Assembly (NCBI GenBank): GCA_951406725.2
Contig: OX597831.1
Span: 33,232,001 to 33,296,000, forward strand
Source of the DNA: Octopus vulgaris
Taxonomy: Eukaryota
Length of the DNA: 64,000 nucleotides
Direction of reading: 5' to 3'
The notes below the pieces were generated by a model. That model ran no database searches and was not told the origin of the DNA. It saw nothing but the letters and a program-made list of their open reading frames with translations. Made by a program: the position numbers and the translations under genes. Positions within the stretch are counted from its first letter, which is position 1; each line of letters starts with the position of its first letter. Below, piece after piece: positions 41,691-56,783 of the stretch.

Positions 41691-42299
41691 AAAAGAAGGG
41701 TCGTACGAAAACTGTCGAAGTTTCCCGATCGGTTCGAAATAATGTTGTTGTCGCTGCTGTCGTTATTATTCTTAGTATTGTTGCTATTTAGCCACAGGTC
41801 AGCTCTCGTTGAACAAATCTTTAATAAAGAAATGTTCTCGATATCTCTCATCTGTCCTACTTTCCGACACTGTTTACCTAGAACTACATTATCAAATGCA
41901 CTTTGCTCTAAAAAAACCTCAAAAGAACAGATAGCAAAATTTTAATGAAATCTTGTTGCTTTTTCTAACAAACCAAATGACCACAAAGCTACTTCTATGA
42001 TCCCCCATCTTGACCCCTAAACCCCTGCATGATTGGAAAATACTGAGTAAGTGGTTTAATATAACACAACACAGCTATAAAAGACCTAAATCAGTCCCCG
42101 GGGGGACTTATATTACGTATTGATGGAGAGCGATTGGAGGAGGGAGTGTTCAAACTATAATCCCTCAGATAGAGTGATTTCTGATTGGTTGGCATTAATT
42201 AATTAATTAATTAGGTAGTCAACTGTTTGGCATTAATTAAGCAAGAGAAACTGAAAACTGGCTGATTAATGAATTATAATCTGAGAAGCATTGAATTAA

Positions 42300-42985
<686 letters not shown>

Positions 42986-43206
42986 AAAGTGGTGTGTATG
43001 AGCATGCGTGTGTGTGTGTGTGTGTTAAAGAGGATAGTAGTGTGAAGTAGAGAGAGAAAGTGAGAAAGAAAGTAGGGAGAGAGATAAAGAGAGAGAGGGG
43101 CAAAGACAAAGAGAAAAGTCTTCTAAACCGTGTTAGTCTTATCTTCGCAATTCTACCAGTCAAAATCTCTCCAACGTCTTCCATCCCCGCCTCCACCCCT
43201 ACTAAC

Positions 43207-43238
<32 letters not shown>

Positions 43239-43629
43239 CACAATCACCTTCTTATTTGCATCACAAACATTAATTTAATCATTCATTTCGTTTAGTATTT
43301 TGTTTATATTTAACTGTTGTTAGCTATTTACAATTATTTATTCCATCTTATTCGTTTGTTTTAGCTTACCTCCCTTTAATCACTCTTCTTTTATTTTATT
43401 TATTTCTCTTTTTCCAGTTATTTCCACAAAATGATTCTCTTTGCAAAATCTAACTGATGGCTGCATAATTACGCTCTCTAGACTTTGAAAGATAAATGGA
43501 ATTTAAAATTCTTTGCCTTTAAATTTTACTAGTGCGATTCTGTTTTCGAATGTCTTAGAATTAACGCGACAATAAGTGGCCTCGAAGAGTCTTTTAGTCT
43601 TCGGAAAGTTATGAGTTATGGTTTCTATC

Positions 43630-43830
43630 TTTGTACCAGTTCCAGTCATCAGACTGTGGCCGTGCTGGGGCATTGCCTTGGAGATTTTAGTCGAATAAAT
43701 CGGCTCCGGTACTTTTTTAGAGTCTATTATATATTCTGTTGATTTCTTTTGCTGAATCACTGCTCAGTTACGTGGACATAGACAAACCACCACCGGTTGT
43801 GAAGCGGTGCTGCTGGACAAACACATTATT
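43630..43830 (-). mobile_element. SINE family A tail, decayed
   Basis: Homology to 29315-29520. Confidence 0.7.
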
Positions 43831-43851
43831 CAAAAACACACACACACATGG

Positions 43852-43913
<62 letters not shown>

Positions 43914-44073
43914 CCGAGTTAGTAAATGTTTTTATCTTCTTTTCACTAAATTTATCTAGCTTCTGTGTTCCTAGCACATATTTCGCCTTAATGTACTGAT
44001 ATATGGAAAATATATGGCTTGTGTTAGAAATACCAGCGATTATAATTATTTTTATTTTATCGCAATTTGATTT

Positions 44074-44119
<46 letters not shown>

Positions 44120-44124
44120 GTATA

Positions 44125-44697
44125 TTACCTTTGTATGGTATTTATTCCCTTGCTGGCCACTTGATAATATCGATATTTAAATATCGATATTATCCTTATT
44201 TATAAATTTATATAATTCATTACTATATTCACTGCTGTGGTTATTTTGACCATATCGCGCATATGAGGTGGTTGACGGGCAATTTATCTGGTCTTGTACA
44301 TACGTGCATATATATGTATGTATGGACGTTCGTATATGTAAGTATAACGTGTGTTCTATATATATATATTTGTATTTATGTGCCCATCTGGTATATTCAA
44401 CTGATGAAGGCAGAGCTTATTTGAAGCAAAGCTAGAAATTCAGGATCTTGAATTATCCAGTAATATCTTTTTGCTAGTTTATTTTGTCTCTCTGTCTTAT
44501 CTCATGGTGCGATATGAACATTTAAGGTGGTTTTTAGAGTCAGGGTTTTGACTGCTATTTCGGCATGGTGGTGTCTCTCAGATACCCTTATTTATAGTTG
44601 TAAAAAATTATTACCTTTGTATGGTATTTATTCCCATGCTGGCCACTTGAAAATATCGATATTTAAATATCGATATTATCCTTATTCATAAATTTAT

Positions 44698-44700
<3 letters not shown>
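44125..44700 (-). mobile_element. Penelope-like non-autonomous repeat with ~90-bp direct terminal repeat (pseudo-LTR-like)
   Basis: 44125-44212 is repeated at 44610-44700; reverse complement of 12320-12845; degenerate hammerhead motif at 44542-44588 on the minus strand. Confidence 0.6.
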
Positions 44701-44790
<90 letters not shown>

Positions 44791-45036
44791 TACACTTTTT
44801 AAAATGGAGACGGAATCCCATTGGCATATGTCAGGAATCTTTCTGCAGAATACAAGATGGTTCTACGCACTGAAAGAGTTCAAAGAAGCAGAAGAGATGT
44901 CGAGGCTTTAACCAATTTAGAAGCGGAAACTGAAGAATTTAAATTTTTAACAACAACCACCACCACTACTACGACTACAACCCTACAGCCACGAATACTA
45001 CTTTCATCAGCTCAACTACTACTACTACTACTGCTG

Positions 45037-45125
<89 letters not shown>

Positions 45126-45901
45126 ACTACAGCAACAACCACGGCAATCATTAACACAATAACGACCACTAACATCACCACCACCAACCACTACCGCCAC
45201 CACCACCACCACCACTACCACCACCATCACCACTACCACCACTACTACTACTGCTATTATACCATTCACAGCAACGACCAGTAGCACATTGACCACTACC
45301 AGTACCACCACCAATACTACTACTACTACTACCTCAACCACAGCAGCTACCCCCACAGTGTATCACCGTCACCACTACTACCTTCGTTGCCGCCATCACC
45401 ACAACTTTTACCGCAAACTTCACCATCACCAAAACTAATACTACCACCACTACTACAACCGTTACCACTTCCACTGCGACCATCACCCTCACTTCACCTA
45501 CTTCTTTTACAACCACAGTAACCACCAGTGCAATGGCTCACCATCACCACCATTACAACCACCACTGCGACCATCACACGACGACGACGACCACCACCAC
45601 GACCACCACCGCCACCACCGTCTCTACTACCAGATTGTCGTAGGCTTCTTTACTGTTAGTAAAATATCACCAATAGATTATTTAATGGTGTGAAGTTTTT
45701 AAGGGAAATTTATAAATATTTAATCACCTATCCAACCCACTTCTCCCTCTTCTACTTACCTCTTCCCCTTCCTATGATTCTACCTACTCCCACTCCTATT
45801 TTCTTCTCTTTATTTCTTTCTGCATCTCTCTCTCCCCCTCTCCTTCAATTCTCTATTTTTCATTTCTTCTCTCTACTCTGTCTCTACCTCTCTTTATCAG
45901 T

Positions 45902-46063
45902 TTTCTTCTTCTTCATCATCTTCTTCTTCTTCTTCTTCTTCTTCTTCTTCTTCTTCTTCTTCTTCTTCTTCTTCTTCTTCTTCTTCTTCTTCTTCTTCTT
46001 CTTCTTCTTCTTCTTCTCCTTCTCCTCCTCCTCCTCCTCCTCCTCCTCCTCCTTCTTCCTCCT
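45902..46063. repeat. (TTC)n/(CTC)n microsatellite
   Basis: Direct reading. Confidence 0.95.
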
Positions 46064-46492
46064 CATTCATATTTACCTTAATGTATTTCCTTCCAGCCTT
46101 CATTATTTCATATTTTATTGTATATTATTCCTTCTTTCTTACTCTCCCTTCCTTCGTATTTCCCTTCAATTCTTCATATTTTTTTTTCTTTCTTCATTCA
46201 AGCCAGACCTACATCCGGGCCACACTCTACTATCTACTAAATAAGACGGACGTCTTCCCAGACAGACATTCAAGGAAACTTTCTTACTTGCGCGGTGAAG
46301 AACCGTGAAGAACCGTGAAGAACAAACATTAACCGCTTAGCTAAAATCTCGTCCAAATTCCATAATTCTCGTCTTCAGCTCCATAATTCAAGGAATTATG
46401 AAACAAATATTTGTTCACAGTGGCACTTCTGTTTTCGTCCTTGTATCGTAGAATCAACGTTGGCTGTCAATTGTTGCAAGCAGACATCTAAC

Positions 46493-46792
46493 TGGCACTC
46501 CGTCGGTTAATACGACGAGGGTTCCAGTTGATCCGATCAACGGAACAGCCTGCTCATGAAATCAACGCCCAAGTGGCTGAGCACTCCACAGACATGTGTA
46601 TCCTTAACGTAGTTCTCGAGGAGATTCAGCATGAGGCAGAATGCGACAAGGCTGGCCCTTTGAGACACATCTGAGTGGACTGGACCAACGTGAAATAAAG
46701 TGTCTTTCTCAAGGACACAACGCGCCGCAGGGAATCGAACTCACCACCCTACAATCGTAAACTGAATACTCTAACCACTAAGCCACACGCCT
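46493..46792 (-). mobile_element. SINE family B (B1 tail)
   Basis: Reverse complement of 3991-4312. Confidence 0.88.
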
Positions 46793-46927
46793 GCAGACAT
46801 CTACAAAGACAGGAACTAACGAAATCTTAGATGTTTGTATCTATCCAAACATGAGCCAAGGTTCATCCTTTAAACCTCGACTTGCTGATTCTCGTAAGAA
46901 TCAAGGATACTTTTAAATGTTTGTATG

Positions 46928-47237
46928 GAGAAGTTCTTAAGCAGATCAGGCCGAAAATGTCGCTAGAAGCTAGGATCACCAAGCATAGATTGGCATATTT
47001 CGGTCATGTTATGCGGATAAAATCCCTGGAGAAGGACATCATGCTCGAAATGGTCAGTGGCAAGAGAGGAAGAGGCCGACCAAGAACCCGCTGGCTTGAC
47101 ACCATCAAGAGGGATACCGGAATGGACATAGCCAATCTGAAAGAAGCAGCCCAGGATAGAACTGACTGGAGGACACTGATCCAACGAGTAACCGAGAGTC
47201 GACTTCGACTGAGCGGATAGATAGATAGATAGATAGA
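46928..47237 (+). mobile_element. RTE-clade (BovB-like) LINE 3' end with (GATA)n tail
   Basis: SLEARITKHRLAYFGHVMR..SLEKDIML..GKRGRGRPRTRWLD..AAQDRTDWR. Confidence 0.9.
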
Positions 47238-47519
47238 CCGTGAGGTAAAAAGTCTACTTCTCAACCACTTGGTTCTAAGTTCAGTTTCGATATAGAATAC
47301 AGAGTTGCTATATATTATGCCATCGGTAAGCCAATCTGATGATTTACATTATAGTTACTTCATTGGTACCGTAAGGAATTCCTTTACAATTCTCTATATG
47401 TATTATACATATGGCTCCGCAACATCTCAGGATGTGGACGACGAGCTCTGAGTTCACGAAATTGTTAGTAATGAAAAGTTGGGTAAACCTGTTATTAAAT
47501 ATTGATATGCATGTATTTA

Positions 47520-47642
47520 TAGAAAAATACAGGTGTAGGAACAAGTAAATGTATTAGTTTGACGCTCGAGAAAAATGGAAAAGTCTTTTACGTTTCGAGC
47601 TTACACTCTTCAACAGAAAGGAACACGCGGAAATAAATAGAG

Positions 47643-47645
<3 letters not shown>
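47520..47645 (-). mobile_element. Sister hammerhead-bearing repeat (motif 47586-47620, core CTGTTGA)
   Basis: CTTT CTGTTGA A GAGT gtaa GCTC GAAAC GTA AAAG. Confidence 0.65.
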
Positions 47646-47688
<43 letters not shown>

Positions 47689-47723
47689 ATGTGTGTATGT
47701 GTGTGTGTGTATGTGTAGATAGG

Positions 47724-47776
<53 letters not shown>

Positions 47777-47967
47777 GCGTGCGTGTGTGTACAAATATAT
47801 ACCTACAAATGTTGAGATTGACTGATAGATAGGTACATAGATAGACAGACAGACAAGGATATATATATATATATGTATGTGTGTATACATAATGTGCATA
47901 TGTGTATGTGTGTGTGTGTGTAAGTGTGTGTGTATATATGTGTGTATATATGTATATATGTATTATG

Positions 47968-48012
<45 letters not shown>

Positions 48013-48292
48013 AATGTATGTATGTATGTATGTATGTATGTATGTATGTATGTATGTATGTATGTATGTGTATGTATGTTCAGTCTATAAATATAGGTAA
48101 ATTTTCCTTCTATTTGTATAGAATTTCAAGAGTTTTGAATATTATTTCCAAAAGCGTCCTTCTTCGGTGTTTGATTAAAGTCGTTTTCCCCTCTTCAGTT
48201 GCACAATGTCTTGGATTCTGTTTACCATTCACCCCTCTTCACACCCATCTCTCGCTCTCCCATCCGTCTCCCTCTCCCACTTTCTCACAATA

Positions 48293-48335
<43 letters not shown>

Positions 48336-48584
48336 AAATGCACAGGCGAATACACGAGTGTATTTATAAATATTTTCGTTTGTATTCAAACAGAAACATG
48401 TATTCTACATGCATATGTCCCTTAGCATCCATGTGTGTGTGTATGTATGTATGTATGTACGTGTGTATGTATGTATGTGTGTGTATATATTATTGACTTA
48501 TGTTCAAAATTAGAAGCATATGCTCTTATTTACATATGCCCGTGCATCTGATTATCCACGTACACTCGCATTAATACGCATGCG

Positions 48585-48680
<96 letters not shown>

Positions 48681-48697
48681 TATATATATATATATAT

Positions 48698-48774
<77 letters not shown>

Positions 48775-49148
48775 AGTGTATATATGTGTATCTTTTGTTG
48801 TTTTTGCAGTTGCTTTTCATTATGCATTCTCCTCTTCTAATTCTGTTTCCTTCGCTCCCTTGTTCTTCTTCTTCCACTTCTCCTCTTCGTCTTTCTAAAA
48901 ATGCCCGTATGTTCAAGACTTCATTAATTAGTAAAACACGAAAATATATGAAGCAAAACTGTATTTCTGAGTTCACCGGCGAAAGCTGAAGATGGCGGTT
49001 CGGAGGAAGGCGAAACGTCGCACGGATAGAAATACGCTCTCCCTTCCTCTCCTTCATTCTACTGCATCATCCTCGTCCTCCTCATTATCCCTCCTCCCCC
49101 GCCTCCTCCCTCCCTCTTCTTCTTCTTCTTCTTCTTCTTCTTCTTCTT

Positions 49149-49179
<31 letters not shown>

Positions 49180-49274
49180 TATGATAAAAAATTGATTATA
49201 ACATTGTAAAAGTCTTTGAATTCTAATAAACAGAAAAGTTTCTTATCGCAGAATCAATATTCCCATGATGTTTT

Positions 49275-49275
49275 T

Positions 49276-49325
<50 letters not shown>

Positions 49326-49334
49326 TACTATTAC

Positions 49335-49379
<45 letters not shown>

Positions 49380-49517
49380 CATCAACATCATCATTATTGT
49401 TATTATTATCATTACCATTACTATTATTATTATTATCATCATCATCATCATCATCATTGTTGTTGTTACTGTTGTTATCAATATTATCATTATCACTATC
49501 GTTATTATTATTATTAC

Positions 49518-49565
<48 letters not shown>

Positions 49566-49620
49566 CATTATCATCATTATCGTCATCATCATCGTCGATA
49601 TTATTAGTAGTATTATTACG
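49275..49620. repeat. (CAT)n/(TAT)n compound microsatellite
   Basis: Direct reading. Confidence 0.95.
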
Positions 49621-50366
49621 ACTACTGCTATTACGCTTGTATTTTATTCATTTTTCCCGTTTTGTTTTTGCATTTTTCAATTTTTGTCATTTTTTTATTT
49701 TCTGCTTTTTTTTCTTTCATTTTATTATATTTTTTTTCTTTTTTTTTTCTTTTGGTTCTAACCAAAAATTCAATTTAAGCATCTATAGCTTTCTCGCCGA
49801 AGATCAAATTTATAAACTGCAATAATAATTGAGTTAGCAGCAGAAATTAAAGCAGCATTTTCGTAAAACTTATTTCATATCAATTTTTCGTTGATATTCC
49901 ACCGTATTTTTACATCTGTTTCCAAACATTGATGCCACTGACGAACAAGAATTTTCCTTATCTTTTCAATGTAACCAATTCACAGAAGGGCCATCTCTAT
50001 TCCTTCCTTCCTGCCCACTTTCCCTTCTTTCTTTTCTTTTCTTTTCTTTCCTTCCTTCATATCATCTTTCCTCATCCCAACCCCCAACACCTTACCGTCT
50101 ACATCATTTTCTTCTTTGCTTTTTTGTTTTCATTATTTTAACATATTTTTTTCTTCTGTTTCTTCTTCATATTCCTCGTAACTCTTTTTCAACTTCTCTT
50201 CTTCTTCCTCCTCCTCATCTTCCTTCTTCTTCTTCTTCTTCTTCTTCTTCTTCTTCTTCTTCTTCTTCTTCTTCTTCTTCTTCTTCTTCTTCTTCTTGTG
50301 TTTATATATTCTTATTTAGCTATCTTCCGACTTGTTATTAATACCATCATCATCATCATCATCATT

Positions 50367-50404
<38 letters not shown>

Positions 50405-50741
50405 TGTCGTCGTTGTTGTCGTCATCATCATCATCATCATCATCATCAACAGCATCAACATCAGCATTGTTATTATCATCGTCGTCGTCATCATCATCGC
50501 CATTTTATATTTTAAATACACTACTACAACCCCCACAACAACCCCATTCAGTGCCACATCCAGCGCCACATCCAATGCCACATTCAGCCCCACCACCATC
50601 AACACTTTCTCCCCCAACAACTTCACCACCGCCAATACCAACCCAATATAACAAACACCCACACCACTAACAACAACAACAACGGCGACTCTACCACCAA
50701 CACTACAACCATCATCATTCTCACCATCACCACCGCTACCA

Positions 50742-50963
50742 CCTATTTCTTTACTACCCACAAGGGGCTAAACACAGAGGGGACAAACAAGGACAGACAA
50801 ACGTATTACGTCGATTACATCGACCCCAGTGCGTAACTGGTACTTAATTTATCGACCCCGAAAGGATGAAAGGCGAAGTCAACCTCGGCGGAATTTGAAC
50901 TCAGAACGTAACGGCAGATGAAATACCGCTAAGCATTTCGCCCGGCGTGCTAACGTTTCTGCC
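50742..50963 (-). mobile_element. SINE family C with Tx1-like tail
   Basis: Near-identical to 57727-57950. Confidence 0.9.
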
Positions 50964-51269
50964 ACCGTCGCAGCCACCACCACCACCACTACCATCATCA
51001 TCACCATCACCACCACTACGAAGATCATCATCACCATCACCAACACCACGAAGATGACTACCACGACCACCAACATAGCCAACACCACCACTACCACTAT
51101 TATCATCACAAGTCTGCTGCTGCTATTACTACTACTGCTGCCACCACCTGAACCTCCACAACCATTTCCCAGGACAAAGGCAGTATATTTATATACACCT
51201 TGTATATGACCGTCAATGTGTTCGTGCGTAAGTGCACGTATGTTCGTATATGTATGTGTGAACATGTGC

Positions 51270-51300
<31 letters not shown>

Positions 51301-51462
51301 GATTAATACTTCTGCATTGGTCTCAATAAAGTATAGTAGGGCGGTGGTACCCAATAAATGTGGACCAAAGACCTCATTGTGCTCTATACCAATGATCCGA
51401 TGACTCACTGCAAGTTCCATTTCAGGAATTCGCTAAACTTTTGTACTTAAGGTAATCTAAAT

Positions 51463-51765
51463 CAGAAGTTCTCAACCAGGGTCCCTTAAGGGTTCCGTTT
51501 ATGACCCTTAAGGGCCGCTTTTACGTTCCTTAAGGATTCATAAAAGAGTTTGTTAAAATTTATGTAACACATTGGTTACATTTCTACAATTCGCAAAACG
51601 TTTTAACATTTTCTTTCTTTTTTTTTTTTTGCACAGTTCTTAATAATATTTAATTATAAAAATATCGGATTGTTTTGAAACATCGATCAGCTAAGAGGAT
51701 CCATCGGAGTGAAACAGGAATCAAAATCCAAAGGTTGTTAAATAAATAATAGGTGAGAAACACCA
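51463..51765. mobile_element. Decayed hAT/Charlie-like MITE
   Basis: cagaagttctcaacc..aggtgagaaacac termini; homologous to 59540-60212. Confidence 0.55.
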
Positions 51766-52294
51766 ATCTATAGTTTGAGTCAACCAAAACTACTGTCTCT
51801 TTACACAACACATAATTCCTTTCTTGACCCCATTAACTGCTAATTTTTTTTTTTTTTTTTTCATATTTTTTGGCTTTGCCAGGTATCTTAGGAGTTAAAA
51901 TAATATATAATATTTAAATTTTCTTAATCTGGGAATTATTTTGGAAATATAAATTTTTCGAAAAGTCCCAAATGGAGATTGCTGAAGAAAAGTATGTTTA
52001 TCCTTTTCTATTCAATTGCAATAATAAACATTTTAGCCTTTTTGAAACTATAGTATCAAATGCGAATGTGTATGAAATATCACTGAATGATATAAATGGC
52101 AAATGCAAAATAGAAAACAAAAAACGTTTTCAAAAAGTCAATATTTTTGTAGTTCAAAAATTGCGATTTATGACATAAAATGTCCTCCAGAATTAGCCAG
52201 AGTTAATAATGACAAACTTTCACTAATAAATATTGTTCAACACATCTCTGCAAATGCAATGTAAATAAGCAATACACACTTTAAATACAAGAAA

Positions 52295-53561
52295 CAACCA
52301 GCAGGTGTTTATACCATTTGTCAGTGGTTTTGATTTTATAATGCCGACATATTGTCCAGTGTAAATACTGGCCGACTTTGTCATATCTTGCTTTATATTC
52401 TACAGGTGCTAAGACGCTACACCCTGAGATTAGGCGGTCTATAGTTTCAATCTCATCGTTACAGAATCGGCATTTTTTATCACATTGGCTTGATAGTTCC
52501 GGGTTAATAAGCTTTGGTCTTGAGCAGCTAATTTGAAACCTTCACTCTCTGCTTTTAGCCCTGAGCTTCGTAGCCATTGATGCGTGTGTTTCTGGTCAAC
52601 ATCAGCTTGTTTGCTACGGACCACATACTTGCCATGCAGAGGAATCTGTTCCCATCTACTAGCTAATTTTTCATGCGCTTTTGTCTTTGCAATTAATTTT
52701 ATTTTCTTTGCAGCAGCAGTTGGCGCATTTCCTTCAACCTGATCAACCTGGTAGGTATCTAAGAGATCAGTAGCGAATTTTTGCTCTCTTTGAGAATAGA
52801 GTGAAGTTTTTTCGGTCTTTCATGTTTTTCAACAAGTTTTAGCATCCAATCGTTGGTTGCTTCAAGGTATTTGGCCAGTCCGATTGTGGTGGTTTTGTAT
52901 GTAAGTTCAAGCTGGATCAAGCCTCGACCTTCCTGAGCTCTGGGAAGGTAAAGACGATCCACGTCTGCCTTTGGATGGTGCATCTTATTACAAGTCAGTA
53001 GCTTGCGGATTTTTCTGTCAATTTTCATTATTTCACTGGTATTCCAGTTAAGCACATTGAAGCTATAAAGAACAACTGGTACTGCTAAGGAATTTATGGC
53101 TAAAACCTTATTATATGCATTCAGCTCAGACTTCAGGACTGCTCGAACTCTTCTATAACATTCTTTCCTAACCTTCTCTTTCATGCTTGCATGCTGGATA
53201 CCAGAGCCTTCATTTATTCCTAGGTATTTATAGGTTTGTTCCTGCTCAAGTTTCTTTATTACTATTTCGACATCTAATTCGATTGAACTAGACTTTACCA
53301 ATTTCCCTTTCTTAAAAGTGGCTTTGGCACACTTTTCAAGGCCAAACTCCATCCCGATATCATCACTGAATCCTTTCACAGTATGTAGTAATCCTTCAAG
53401 CTCTTCATCATCTTTGCCATATAGCTTTAAATCATCCATATAAAATAGCTGGCTTATTTTCCTGTTGTCAATTTTGTAGCCATATCCTGTTCTATTCAGT
53501 TCACTTGAGAGTGGTATTAGAGCTATGCAGAAATGAGAGTGGTATTAGTGCTATACAGAAA
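52295..53561 (-). mobile_element. Dong/R4-clade retrotransposon fragment (RT C-terminal half to zinc-finger region)
   Basis: SQLFYMDDLKLYG..DIGMEFGLEKCA..YKYLGI..RLYLPR..GRGL..WLRSSGLKAESEGF..AAQDQSLLTRNY; 5' end abuts (TAA)n. Confidence 0.92.
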
Positions 53562-53577
53562 TTATTATTATTATTAT

Positions 53578-54050
53578 GTTTTTTCCTTCTTTCTTCAAAT
53601 TTTCTTCCGTTTCTCGCCGAGTGTTTTCCGTACACCTAGGGCAGAGAAGCTCATTGTATGCATTCCCAGATTACACACGCAAATTCACAGATAAATATGT
53701 ATTTAAAAATTAATAAATATATAAATTCATGAATGGATGTTGTTTTCACAGCTCTTCTCTTCTCAGTACATGAGCCGTTCCAGTTAATACGATTTTTTGC
53801 ACTTCCTGTAGGGATGGTAAACCTGGAATCATTTTCAAATAGGTTTCAGTACCTTTTTTTATCATTCCTAGAGATCCTACAATCACTGGTACTGTAGTCG
53901 CCAAGATGCCACATTTTTTCAGTTTCTATTAGCAGGTCTTTATATTTACTAATCTTGTCAAATTCTTTCGCCGCTATATTGTGATCGCAAGAGATACTCA
54001 TGTCAATTAATAAACACATCTTTTTTGTCTGATCTTTTATAATAATATCC
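53578..54050 (-). mobile_element. Dong/R4-clade 3' fragment (further family), endonuclease C-terminus plus 3'UTR
   Basis: KEFDKISKYKDLLIE..VPVIVGSLGMIKK..VQKIVLTGTAHVLR; (TAA)n on both sides. Confidence 0.85.
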
Positions 54051-54067
54051 GGTTATTATTATTATTA

Positions 54068-54111
<44 letters not shown>

Positions 54112-54113
54112 GA

Positions 54114-54335
54114 ACGGCGAGCTGTCTCTGAATTGTCAGCACGCTGGACAATATGCTTGGCGGCATTTGGTCCGTCTTTACATTCTGACTTCAAATTGCA
54201 CCGAAGTCGACTCTAACTTTCATCCTTTCGGGGTCGATAGAATAAGTACCAGTTGAGCGCTGAGATTGATGGAATCGACATACTGCCCCGCCCCTGACCA
54301 CCACGAACTTTCCGGCCTTGTGCCAAAATTTGAAA
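54114..54335 (+). mobile_element. SINE family C (alternative tail), decayed
   Basis: ggcgagctg..ctttcatcctttcggggtcgatagaataagtaccag..ggccttgtgcc. Confidence 0.8.
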
Positions 54336-54559
54336 CCCTTAATATCATTACTGTGCGGGGTCACTTTCAAGTACCATGTCAAAGTCGGAAACAAATATTA
54401 CAACACGAAAAAGAAAACATCAACAACATTCTCTCTCAAACTTTCTATACAATAGATCAACGACTTCAACAACATGTTCCCTCTCTCTCTCTCCCTACTT
54501 CTTCCCCCCTCTCTCTCGCTATTCATTTTTCCCTCTCTATCCCTCTCTGTCCCTCTCAC

Positions 54560-54612
<53 letters not shown>

Positions 54613-54856
54613 CACACACTTCTCTCAATCTTGTGAATCTTCTATAGAATTAACTAATGCTTTCATTTTCAGTTTTCACTACATATACACACACAAGTAC
54701 ACACAGACACACACAAACACACACACACATATGTATATATATATATATATATGTATATGTATATATATGCATACATGTAGGAATGTATATATATATATAT
54801 ATATACATATATATACGTATGTACGTATGTGTATATATATATATATGTAGGCAATG

Positions 54857-54893
<37 letters not shown>

Positions 54894-55123
54894 GATATGC
54901 TTGTATATATATATACATACACATATATATATACACACATACGTACATATGTATATATGTAAATATGAATATATATATAAATATATACATACATACACAT
55001 ATATATATATACATATATATAAATACATACATACATATATATGTATATATATATCGATACATATATATATATATACATATATACACATATATATATATAC
55101 ATATATATATATACATACATCAT

Positions 55124-55226
<103 letters not shown>

Positions 55227-55557
55227 TAACGTTTACCAATGTACGTTATTCCTTTCCTTTGTTTACCTTTCAGTTTCCGTTTCCATTTTTTGAGGAATTT
55301 CATTTTTCCTTCTCTTCCTTTTGTTTTTTTTGCTTTTGTCTTTTTTTATTACTTTTTTTAAACGTTTGGGAAGAGAAAGAATCATGTTTAGTTTTGCTTT
55401 TGCAAGCTAAATAAATATTTTATCTCTCCTGTGTGTCATACCGAGAGAAAGAAATGTAAAACAAAGAAAGATTAGCCAGAGAGAACACACAAAACGAATA
55501 CATATAACAATATATATACATATAAATGTACACACACATATATACATATGATATATA

Positions 55558-55606
<49 letters not shown>

Positions 55607-55625
55607 TATATACATATGATATATA

Positions 55626-55668
<43 letters not shown>

Positions 55669-55680
55669 TATTTACATATA

Positions 55681-55798
<118 letters not shown>

Positions 55799-56068
55799 AA
55801 GTGACAAAATATAAATATTGTGCTTATTACCTTCTAGTTTATCTGAGTTGTTTATTTTTTTTAACAAAAAAATATCTTTAGTTTAAAAAAAGGAACGCCA
55901 TATTGGTTTTTTGTTTAGAGTTTTAAAAAAAATCCCCCAAATAGTTCGAGAAAGAAAATAAGTGTAAATATAGCAATTTAATTGTAAATGTTAATATGTT
56001 AACATAAACGTATAAATACGTGTTTAAACACAAGTGTTTGTGTATAGGTGTGTGTAGATATATATATG

Positions 56069-56099
<31 letters not shown>

Positions 56100-56731
56100 A
56101 TGCATATATATGTTAACAAATATAAATATAGAAGGCAACATATATATGTTCAAATATACATATTAACATTAATATATAAACACAAATATATATATATATA
56201 TATATATATACTCACACACATATATAAAAGATAAAATAAATGCTTATTTAAATATAAATATAAACATTAATTCAAATATATAAAAATATAAATTAGAAAA
56301 CATGCGAACGTAAATTTTAATATAGAAAGTAAAAATTGATATTTAAATACATATTTAAATATATGAACATATCGATACAAATTTAACTGTAAAAAAAACA
56401 GATTTAATTATTAAATTTAAATAGAAATTCTGGCGGACGTAGATATCAAACTTGAGCTGTAAGTGTAGAAGCTGTACTTGAAATATATAATAAAAGAAAT
56501 TTATACATGTGTGTATGTGTGTGTGTATGTGAATGTGTGCGTGCGCATGCGTGCATGTATGTGCATGCATATGCATAAATTTACATATAGATTTTAAACT
56601 AAATATATAAATACAAGATTAATTATAAAAGCTTTATAAATACGATTTTTAATCTATTAAGTATAAATGTGAACATACATAAATATGTATATGTGTATAT
56701 GTATACGTATATATATATATAGATATGTATG

Positions 56732-56783
<52 letters not shown>

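Noticed and set aside
44401-44500. CTGATGA-A-GGCAGAG...CTCTGTC as a second hammerhead in the 44-kb repeat
   Set aside because: No GAAA follows the putative stem II in either copy.
48986-49019. CTGAAGA..GAAACGTC hammerhead-like words
   Set aside because: Neither stem I nor stem II can pair.
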